Assembly (NCBI RefSeq): GCF_902652985.1
Contig: NC_047030.1
Coordinates: 5,084,001-5,148,000, forward strand
DNA length: 64,000 bases
Direction of reading: 5' to 3'
Source: Pecten maximus
Lineage: Eukaryota
Positions 24,457-35,800 of the stretch are shown piece after piece. The position numbers were made by a program, and so were the translations under genes. The first letter of the stretch is position 1; every line of letters begins with the position of its first letter. The notes under the pieces were generated by a model that saw only the letters and a list, made by a program, of their open reading frames with translations, was not told the DNA's origin and ran no database searches.

Positions 24457-27400
24457 CTAGGTACTAAATGTTGGGACCTTCAGCATGGCCCGCGTCATTA
24501 CACCTTTTGGTGGAGGCTTCACAGCATCTTCTAATCCCATTTCTTCTAGTCTTTGTTTCACATAAACTGTGAGACTCTGAAATGAAAAATCATTTAATTA
24601 GTTCAAAACAAATCAAAATAGCCATGTTCTTTTGAGGTAGAACACTATTACTTCTATGCAAAATCTGCTCATGCTTTTTGAGGTAAAACAATGTTCATTA
24701 TGTGCACAACTTGATAATAGAAAATTTAGATTGATTTCACCTGCAGGTGGTATTTACTATACATTGAAAATAAACATAAACAAAATCTACTATCCCAAAG
24801 TGACTGTAAAAAGGTATGTATATATAAATCTGTGTATTGAAACTATGTAAGTACTACTATTATGGAAGATAGCTCGTCACCCAAGACCCTTGCTGTTAAT
24901 AGGATGTTAAACAAAACAAACCAATCGTCACCCAAGCATCATCTATACAGTCTATCAAATCTGATGAGGGAGCACAATTAATTGGTAGATATATACAACA
25001 CTGTCTTTTATATCATTTCCAATGACATACTTACATCCTTATAATAATTAACAGAACCTAAAAGCTTAGTTAATGATGACAATATTTTGTTAAATCATTG
25101 TTACCTGAAATGTCCTAGGTTCGTAAATGGCAAGGTCTGCTAATACTTTTCTGTTGAGTGCTATATTGGACTGAAACATAAAAATCATGTTTTAATACAT
25201 ATTTCCTTTACAAGCTGCTAATACTTAATTTATATGTATAATATAGTGAGGCCTACTAATCCTATAATATGACAATAACTGAGCCCTACAAATCCTTTAA
25301 TCTGACAATTATTGAGTCCTTTTATGAAGGTCAAGGTTATTCATTTGAACAATATTTGTAGGCTTTATACCAGAATGCTATAGGCCGAATATCAGGCCTG
25401 TGGGCCTCTTGGTTATTGAGAAAATGGCCTTTTCATATTTTTGCATATTTGACCCTGCATGGTGACCTTTAATGAAGTTCAAGGTCAGTCATTTGTACAA
25501 TCTTGATAGCTCTTCACCCCAGCATGCCACAGGCCCAATATCAAGTCTCTGGACATCTTGCATGATTGAATCCTGTGACCATGAATGTAAGTGAAGGTCA
25601 TTCATTTGTACATTTGGCATCTTGTTTATTGAGAAGAAGTCGTTTAAAGATTTTAGCATATTTGACCACTGTGACCTTGCATAAAGGTTACAGTCATCCA
25701 TTTGAACAAACTTGGTAGCCCTAGGCCTTCATCCCAGCATACTACAAACTCAATATCATGTCTCAGGGCAAATTGGTTATTAAGAAGAAGTCTTTAAAGA
25801 TTTTAGCACATTTAACTCCTGTGACATTGAACGAAGCTCTTCATTCCAGTATGCAGCAGACCCAGTATCAGGTCCCTGGGCCTGTTGGTTATTGAGAAGA
25901 AGTTAAAAATGTAAATTGTTTATGACGGACGAGACATGAGGCATAACGAACGGCGCTGGACAAAAGGAGATTGCAATAGGTACTGAAGACTTGAATAGAG
26001 GATCATAAGTAACTGATGAATTATTTTATCTGTATACTCATACACATGAATCACTGTGAGTTTTAGTTTCAAGTTAAATGTACATGACCTGTAGTATCTT
26101 GGTCTAGACATGAACTATGGGCACATATATTCAATGTAATCTGGTAAAGAACATGGTGCTATACACTTTAGGGTGAATATCAATAAAGTTTGTTGAGAGG
26201 TCTGTATGACATAATGGTACCTTGCCCACCTTATCTTTACTCTCTACTTTTTTAATCAAAGGTTGTTAAATCTAAGTGTGAATTTGACACTTTAACCTTG
26301 GCTGATGACCATCAAAATGTAATCAGGTATAGATCTTGATGTGATACTGAGTAAGTATCACCCAAATTATAGATTATAGCATGATGTTAATGATTTCGGA
26401 GACTTGTTGAACACCATTCTCTATTTTCCTATGGAAGTTAATTATTTCATGGTAAAATAAATAATCAATGCAAAACCAATACATTTAGATCTTACCTCAG
26501 CCAATGTTGTCATAAAAGTGTAGTAATCAAGGTTATGTTCTGTACATGCAGCTCCTATCCTTAGCCTCCAAAGCTGAAACAATCCGATGAAATCCCAATT
26601 AGTAAACTTTACTAAAGGAATCTTTTTGTGGCCATATCCTTTCTGTACTTATAAATGTCTAATTGAAAAACATCCTAAATCTCAACATATTTTATCTTTA
26701 TATATATATATATATATATAATAAGTACAGATTCGACCATATTTGTAAGTAAATAAATTTTTGCACTTTGAAAAAAGCATCCTGTCCATGCTGGGGTTTG
26801 AACTAGCGACTTTTTTGTCTTGTTGTCTTGCTCTAGATCTTAAATCAAACATTGTACCACTAGGATTAAGGAAAATTCTCGCTAGCTTGAGCTAGTAAGG
26901 TAATCTATTTTTTCCACTTTTCCACTTACAAATGAAAATACTACCAAACATGTACTAGTTTGTATATTTGAAGGGAGATAATCAATGGTATTTCAACTTT
27001 GACAACCATTTACAAGTAGGAGTAAGCAAGAAATCATTCTTTTTTTGGTCTTTAAAGGTTATTTTTTAAATTCAAATTTCTTACTTGACTGATGTACAAA
27101 GTAGATGAGAGGAGACAACCTTTGTACATTTATGTATGAATTTTTGTCCATAGTAATTGGGGGATGTCTTCCCTGTTACATTGGGACGCTCAAGAATAAA
27201 TTTACACAACATCTAAAACAACCCCAACAGTGTATGACTTCAGTTGCCATTGTTGTTTGTGAACTTGATAGCATCAGGATATACCAAGTAAACCCTTTAC
27301 TTTAAATATGAACTTTGTAATGTAAAACTTTTGCATTCAAAAGGTTCAAGATTGAAAGAATTTCCTTTATTTTGGATCATATATAGAACTGATATAATAT

Positions 27401-29382
27401 TTACTGTGAGAGAGAGCTAGAGAAAAACAAAAACAAAAACAATCGCCAAAGAAGGAATATAGGTGTATCATATCTGTAAGAAATATGATGTAAAAATGTG
27501 AATATGTTGGAATATTACAAATATCATAAATAAACTATGTTTTCTTGTTACTTGTTTGTTATATTTAACTTAATATATAGGGATACACCAGCCTATTGTT
27601 GGTTCACCAATTAACTGGTTAATGGACAGAAGATATTCTGTCAAATCAGTTTTAAAAAAACTGACTGGTTTGACATCCCTAAATAAAACAATCCCATACT
27701 GCTATAGATCGATAATTTTGATTATTAAATAACACAGAACAATCCATAGATCCGAGGAGGAAACTTACTTTGCTCATTGTTTTTCTTTTTTCATATCTTG
27801 CATTTGTTGAATACATCATGGCTTTCCTCACAGACCGTACAGCAATGGAAAAACATTGCCTCTTCCTTCCATAGTAACTCTGTGGAAAAGAAACACAGCA
27901 TCAGTATCATCAGATACATGTTATTACAATGTCAAAAAATTGTTGACCCACGGTCAGGTCAATAAAATGAAACATTTCTCTTTATGTTGATATACATAAT
28001 AAACATTGGGTAGTCAGGTTAATGAAAACTTTATTTTGAACTTACTTTCTGAAGTTACAATTTGTATTTGCAATTTTATAGCATAATTGGTTTTAAAAGT
28101 ACAGCTGTTCCCAGTGTACCCTTGAATTTCAAATAATTCTTATTGGACCAATTAAATTCTAGTTAAGTAATTGGTAAAAGTGGAAAATTGAGGTGTTCAG
28201 CTGTTCCCAGTGTTCACCTTATTTGTCTTCCAGAAAATTTTACACAAGTTATATTGAATTGATCTCAGTTCTGGTTTGCCCAATGACTATAGCTAGTTTA
28301 GAGTCGGTAACCACATCTTTTTGAAGCCATGGCCATATAATTGCCAAACCTTTTTCTAAAATAAAATGTCATTTGAACTTTATTTTTGGATATAATACCT
28401 TAATATATATATATATATAGAGAGAGATAATCTCTACTTTTATACAGTTCATGTCACTAAATCAACTCAACATTTCCTTTAGCTGGAGCCGTGTCAGTCT
28501 ATTATCAACTCTATACAATTTTCTGACTTTTATTAAATCATTACTTAATGGGGGACCAAGGGGAACCTACATATGAAATTTCAGAAAGATCCCTTCAGTA
28601 CTTTCTGAGAAATAGCGATAACAAACTTCAATTGTCAAAATCCAAGATGGCTCCCTGTCGGCCATGTTGTTTTCCGATTGGTCCCAAAATGCAATTTGCA
28701 TAACTATGGACCAAGGAGAACCTACATATGAAATTTGAGAAAGATCCCTTGAGCACTTTCTGTGAAATAGCAATAACAAAAATTGTTAATGGAGGGACGG
28801 ACAGAGGGACGACAGACAACAGACGAAGGACGCATGCGCAGGACAACACGGCATACCCAGGTGAGTTTATAGATGTGATTTTAGTCAATTAAGTGAGATG
28901 GGGTGCTGTTTTTGACGGAGTTTCAGGCCTTCACTTTTACACACTACACATACCACTGATATCATTTTTTTTCAAAATTAAAATTCTCATTTTCTATGCA
29001 AGCGACTGTGGTTCAATAAGTGGAAAAAGAACCTGTTATAATAATGTGAAAAGTGGTCAACAGATAATCAAAATGTAATTTTCATATGGAAATCTCGTCC
29101 TTTATTCAGACATCCCCAATAAATATTCTATCTTAGTGTTGTAATTATTAACTTGAATCATATAACTCAAATCAAGAAATCGAGCCCCTGTACTGCAGAT
29201 TATATAATTAAGGGTAGATTCTAAAAACTAATCACTGTTGTCAATTAAAACTACTAATTAAAACTAATTAGTGATTCAGAGTTTTCCAGACGTACCCATG
29301 ACATCCTTAAATACATCCTTTTTCTCCATCCTTTATCCGGACCTCTAGACCTGATGAGATTCAGTGGTGTCAGAAAAACCAT
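24457..29382 (-). CDS. MRPL20: Mitochondrial ribosomal protein L20 (bL20m), 153 aa
   Basis: Five phase-0 exons: 29296-29382, 27769-27879, 26496-26573, 25105-25170, 24457-24576. Protein [74 protein letters not shown] matches the bL20m signature (human MVFLT..[26 protein letters not shown]). Confidence 0.95.
25325..25950. repeat. Second array of the ~130-bp dispersed satellite family
   Basis: aaggtcattcatttgaacaa / catcccagcatgctacaggcccaatatca / ggttattgagaagaag units, ending in a gacggacg microsatellite. Confidence 0.65.
28550..28865. mobile_element. Helentron/HINE-like element fragment
   Basis: Two ~155-bp units (ggaccaagggaacctacatatgaaattt.agaaagatccc), then a ggacggacagagggacgacagac microsatellite and a caggtgag terminus. 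Confidence 0.6.
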
Positions 29383-29848
29383 GATTAAAACGTGATAACC
29401 GTGTTAAAAGTCAAATGACAGCGGCCATGCTTTTTGATAATCACACTACAAAACATGTGGTGACGGTGAGTAACACTTTCCGGAAATCGGTATTTATATT
29501 TTTTGATAATGTTATGTTATATTAGATATTTTAACGATACTTAATATATATATTGTCATCTGAATAAATAATAAGCGCGTACTGTAAATACATTTTATCG
29601 ATCATATATAGAAAATATGCATGCATGTTCTTAGATATTGATTTACCTATCCGTAAGAAACCATCCGTAATACGGTTTTTATTCTAGATAGTTTTAAAGT
29701 GAAACTAGGGGTTTCCGGTTCCGTTTGACCTTTTCAGCGTAAGTGTCACACAGCCGGGTTGAGTGAGAAAGCGGAGCAGGATCTTCCTACAAGTTTGTAT
29801 CGAACAGCAGCGCTCAGCGTAAATTGATTTCCACTAGAACAAGAAAAA
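29383..29848. promoter_or_regulatory. Bidirectional promoter region shared by MRPL20 and PGD
   Basis: Divergent ATGs are 466 bp apart. ETS-like ttccggaaat (~29478) and tttccggttccg (~29712); YY1-like gcggccatgctt (~29421). Factor assignments are inference. Confidence 0.7.
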
Positions 29849-32800
29849 ATGGCTGAACCTAAGTAAGTAAATACTGTATGTTGTTATGTTTGCCTTCATA
29901 CGATTTCATGTAAATTTGTTTTATTTATCGGTAAAAAGCAAGAGTCGAATTTACCAGTACCGGGTCGTGACTTGCAAGTTTATACCTTGTTGTATTGCTT
30001 TCACTTCCACTATTTCAGTACGTGCTTGTCACGTATTAGGGCAAAGTTTTAATGTAACTCGTTGAAATTGTGAATAAAATGCGTGGGGTACTAGTATAGT
30101 ATGTAGTTAAAATATGACTTTGAAAAAAAAAACTTTTTTAACTGCAATTAAATATTCATTATAAAATTAAATGTTGACGTCATTTAAAGAGAAATACTAT
30201 ACATCCAGGATATACCTTTATCAGTCCATGACCATCCTATATTTTCCACTTGTGATCAGAATCAATTATGTACTCACCCAAATGACATTTTCAACTACAT
30301 GTACATGGAAAAGGTAGTTGAAAGAAGCCGGCCATTATGTATTAGTGTAAATAAATTTTCAAATCCATTAACAATGTACAAATGTATGTGTAATAGGAAG
30401 GAGCTATGAAAAATGCCCTGCCTGCTCTGGGGCTTGAACCAGTGACGTCTTGCTCTCTAGGGAAACATCCTACCTCTAGGCTATTGGGAAATTCCTGCTA
30501 GACTGAGCTAGTGAGGACCTTATACTTTCTACTTTTAAACATTCTTTAACGGTTTCTTAGAATTATCTGGTAATAAATCATATACTGAGGCTATGGCACA
30601 GGTATCTTACAATGATATGAAATTGAAAGAAAAAGTCTTAACCCTTTAAGTAATTAGAAAACTTAGTATCTGAGCTGAAGTCATAGAATATATTTAGATT
30701 TCCATTTTGGTGAGAGTGGCTATCAATTATTTTTATTTCAATTAATGCTCTCTAGAGAAGGCCTCAGAAAAAGTCTTTTTAATGTTCATTATACAAGTAT
30801 CAATCTTGTATATCAGTAGAAAATTTCCCTTGATTAGTTTGAAGAATAGTGAAAGCCCAGGTCAAGCATTCTTTAAGGTAGTAAGAAAAACCTAGAGAGA
30901 GAGGCCAATATTTAACATGTAGCTATTTTTAGTTGTTTCATATTTACTTTTATTTCTTTGCAAAAAACTTAATAAATTCTGATACATTGAAATCACTAGT
31001 GTTAGTCCATAAACCTGAACTCTATTTGCCTTCATATGAAATACCAACAAATAACTTAATATACATGTAACGTCCAACATTCAATCTGACTTACTACTGT
31101 TCCAGTTCACTGCCTTATTTAAAACATGGTATCACTAGTCGAGTAAGTATGATCAGATGTTGCAAGGGTAAAGTATTTAATATATTTCATGAATGCTGGC
31201 CCATAATAAATGGCTAAGTGGTACCTGAAATTACTCTAACACACTATTAAAAGTTCTTATTTGTTGCAATATCATATGTATGAAAAAAATACTGTTGATC
31301 AAATCAGGGTTTAAATTGTCATGGTTGACAAAACATTGTGAATCATGATGCTCGTAATAACATTTAACATCACTTAGGAGTACATTTGGTAGCTACTAAA
31401 TAAACTAATATTTAAAGTGATAACAACCATGAACAAAATCTGTTGGGGTTTAAAGTGGATTTGAGAACTTTTTAAAAAGTTACTATGTTACAGTTAATTT
31501 CATTTGTCAATAGTTACTGACTATAAATTACACTATAAATGAATGTACAAGTAACATATTAATCAGTTAGGTGTTGGAATAGATGGGTAAAAAAAGAAGT
31601 CTGTTTCAATATTTCCTAATTTTACTTGTTCTACCAACTTTTTATATCCTGTATCCAATATTCAGTAAATCAAAGACTTAAATGTGATGGTTCATGGATT
31701 GGATATGGGCATTCAAGCTGTTTAGTCCAATAGCTAGCTTTTGTGGCTGTGAGGTTGAGTGTTTGTGTCTGTGTACCGAAGTTAAGCAACATTGAGCAAG
31801 GTCATGCAGCTCTTGGATGGGTGACAGCTCCGTTGTACCCCTGGTGCATGTTACATTAATTTTCCTATAAAAGGAAAGTTCTTTTCACAATAAAAACATA
31901 TTTCTGATCCCTGTATACATCTTAAGTGACTTAAGTAGGAATGAAGCTGATCGAGGCAAACATTTTGTTTACCCCAGTCAATGCCAAATGATCATAAGCC
32001 TATACACAAACAGTTTTGATCTTTAGATTGTAAGAGCTTGTCTATTTAACTAGTAGATAACATGTAGATGGAAACATTTAATGCTTAAAAGTCACTGCAT
32101 CAGGTTAGAATTAGGTTAAAAAATGTGTTTTTTTTATTGTTTGTTTGCAGAAACGTTTTAAAGTGAAATGGGTATTATCATCTGATCATTGAGTATTGAT
32201 TTATACATAATGGTGGTATTATAACTCTATCATATACATGTAAGTCATATTTATTGCATATATAATAAATCAATATTTTCTTTTTTTTTGCTCACCTTTT
32301 CGACGGCTATTTAACCTTTGTATTATAGTGTCTGTTGCCTTACTGGTATATATACATGATATCTTCTTATATGTATATACAAATGTACAATGTAACTGTA
32401 TAGTCAAAGTCCGGGTATGATAATTGTGTTGGGCTAGTAAGTTTGCTAGAATCAAGGCTACTAAGTTTGCCCAAGTGAATAACCTTAACCTATTTTGAAG
32501 ATTACATGTATCAAATATATTGAATAACAATAAATATGGTTTTTTTCTCAAAGGTCATGGCATTAATAAGACCTAGCAGCATTCTAGAGTGAAATGTTAC
32601 CAAGTTTACTCAGATATATGACTGTAATTATCAACATGTACTTGCAAGCCTAACAGTGGTCAGGTTAACAGAAATTCTGTAATGCTGTGATACTTAGTGT
32701 TGTAGGGGAGATATGATTGGACTGGCTGTAATGTTGTGTTAATGTTGTAGGGGAGATATGATTGGACTGGCTGTAATCCTGTGTTTATGTTGTAGGGGAG

Positions 32801-35800
32801 ATATGATCGGATTGGCTGTAATGCTGTGTCTATGTTGTAGGGGAGATATGATTGGACTGGCTGTAATGTTGTGTTAATGTTGTAGGGGAGATATGATTTG
32901 ACTGCCTGTTGTAATGTTGTGATAATGTTGTAGGGGAGATATGATTTAACTGGTTATAACTGTGTATTTATGTTGTAGGGGAGATATGATTGTACTGGCT
33001 GTAATCCTGTGTCTATGTTGTAGGGGAGATATGATCGGACTGGCTGTAATGTTGTGTTAATGTTGTAGGGGAGATATGATTGGACTGGCTGTAATGTTGT
33101 GTCTATGTTGTAGGGGAGATATGATTTGACTGGCTGTAATGTTGTGTCTATGTTGTAGGGGAGATATGATCAGACTGGCTGTAATGTTGTGTTAATGTTG
33201 TAGGGGAGATATGATCAGACTGGCTGTAATGCTGTGTCTATGTTGTAGGGGAGATATGATTGGACTGGCTGTAATGTTGTATTTATGTTGTAGGGGAGAT
33301 ATGATTGGACTGGCTGTAATGTTGTATTGATGTTGTAGGGGAGATATGATTGGACTGGCTGTAATGTTGTGTCTATGTTGTAGGGGAGATATGATTGGAC
33401 TGGCTGTAATGTTGTGTTGATGTTGTAGGGGAGATATGATTGGACTGGCTGTAATGTTGTGTCTATGTTGTAGTGGAGATATGATTGGACTGGCTGTAAT
33501 GTTGTATTGATGTTGTAGGGGAGATATGATTGGACTGGCTGTAATCCTGTGTTGATGTTGTAGGGGAGATATGATTGGACTTGCTGTTATGCTGTGTCTA
33601 TGTTGTAGGGGAGATATTATTGGACTGGCTGTAATGTTGTGTCTATGTTGTAGGGGAGATATGATCGGACTGGCTGTAATGTTGTGTCTATGTTGTAGGG
33701 GAGATATGATTGGACTGGCTGTAATACTGTGTTTATGTTGTAGGGGAGATATGATTGGACTGGCTGTAATCCTGTATTGATGTTGTAGGGGAGATATGAC
33801 TGGACTGGCTGTAATGTTGTATTGATGTTGTAGGGGAGATATGATTGGACTGGCTGTAATGTTGTGTTTATGTTGTAGGGGAGATATGATTTGACTGGCT
33901 GTAATGCTGTGTCTATGTTGTAGGGGAAATATGATTGGACTGGCTGTAATGTTGTGTCTATGTTGTAGAGGAGATATGATTGAACTGGCTGTAATGCTGT
34001 GTCTATGTTGTAGGGGAGATATGATTGGACTGGCTGTAATTCTGTATTGATGTTGAAGGGGAGATATGATTAGACTGGCTGTAATGTTGTATTTATGTTG
34101 TAGGGGAGATATGATCGGACTGGCTGTAATGCTGTGTCTATGTTGTAGGGGAGATATGATTGGACTGGCTGTAATGTTGTGTCTATGTTGTAGGGGAGAT
34201 ATGAGCGGACTGGCTGTAATGTTGTGTTAATGTTGTAGGGGAGATATGATTTGACTGGCTGTAATGTTTTGTCTATGTTGTAGGGGAGATATGATTGGAC
34301 TGGCTGTAATGTTGTGTCTATGTTGTAGGGGAGATATGATCGGACTGGCTGTAATGTTGTGTTAATGTTGTAGGGGAGATATGATTGGACTGGCTGTAAT
34401 GCTGTGTTTATGTTGTAGGGGAGATATTATTGGACTGGCTGTAATGTTGTATTGATGTTGTAGGGGAGATATGATTGGACTGGCTGTAATGTTGTGTCTA
34501 TGTTGTAGGGGAGATATGATTGGACTGGCTGTAATGTTGTGTCTATGTTGTAGGGGAGATATGATCGGACTGGCTGTAATGTTGTGTTAATGTTGTAGGG
34601 GAGATATGATTGGACTGGCTGTAATACTGTGTTTATGTTGTAGGGGAGATATGATTGGACTGGCTGTAATCCTGTATTGATGTTGTAGGGGAGATATGAC
34701 TGGACTGGCTGTAATGTTGTGTTGATGTTGTAGGGGAGATATGATTGGACTGGCTGTAATCCTGTATTGATGTTGTAGGGGAGATATGATTGGACTTGCT
34801 GTAATTCTGTGTTAATGTTGTAGGGGAGATATGATCGGACTGGCTGTAATGCTGTTTATATATTGTAGGGGAGATATGACCGGATTGGCTGTAATTCTGT
34901 GTCTATGTTGTAGGGAAGATATGATTGGGCTGGCTGTAATGTTGTGTTGATGTTGTAGGGGAGATATGATTGGACTGGCTGTAATGCTGTGTCTATGTTG
35001 TAGGGGAGATATGATTAGACTGGCTGTAATCCTGTATTGATGTTGTAGGGGAGATATGATTGGACTGGCTGTAATGATGTTTATATATTGTAGGGGAGAT
35101 ATGACCGGATTGGCTGTAATTCTGTGTCTATGTTGTAGGGAAGATATGATTTGACTGGCTGTAATCCTGTGTCTATGTTGTAGGGGAGATATGATTGGAC
35201 TGGCTGTAATCCTGTGTCTATGTTGTAGGGGAGATATGATTTGACTGGCTGTAATTCTGTATTGATGTTGTAAGGGAGATATGATTGGACTGGCTGTAAT
35301 GTTGTGTCTATGTTGTAGGGGAGATATGATTGGACTGGCTGTAATTCTGTGTCTATGTTGTAGGGGAGATATGATTGGACTGGCTGTAATCCTGTGTCTA
35401 TGTTGTAGGGGAGATATGATTTGACTGGCTGTAATTCTGTATTGATGTTGTAAGGGAGATATGATTGGACTGGCTGTAATGTTGTGTCTATGTTGTAGGG
35501 GAGATATGACTGGACTGGCTGTAATTCTGTGTCTATGTCGTAGGGGAGATATGATTGGGCTGGCTGTAATTCTGTGTCTATGTTGTAGAGGAGATATGAT
35601 TGGGCTGGCTGTAATTCTGTATTTATGTTGTAGGGGAGATATGATTGGGCTGGCTGTAATTCTGTGTCTATGTTGTAGAGGAGATATGATTGGGCTAGCT
35701 GTAATTCTGTATTTATGTTGTAGGGGAGATATGATTTGACTGGCTGTAATCCTGTTCATATGTTGTAGGGGAGATATGATTGGGCTGGCTGTAATTCTGT

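Noticed and set aside
29351-29378. CTGATGA..GAAA hammerhead-like core
   Set aside because: It is antisense to MRPL20 coding exon 1 and no flanking helices could be formed; other CTGATGA hits (6893, 8750, 24961) also lack the core architecture.
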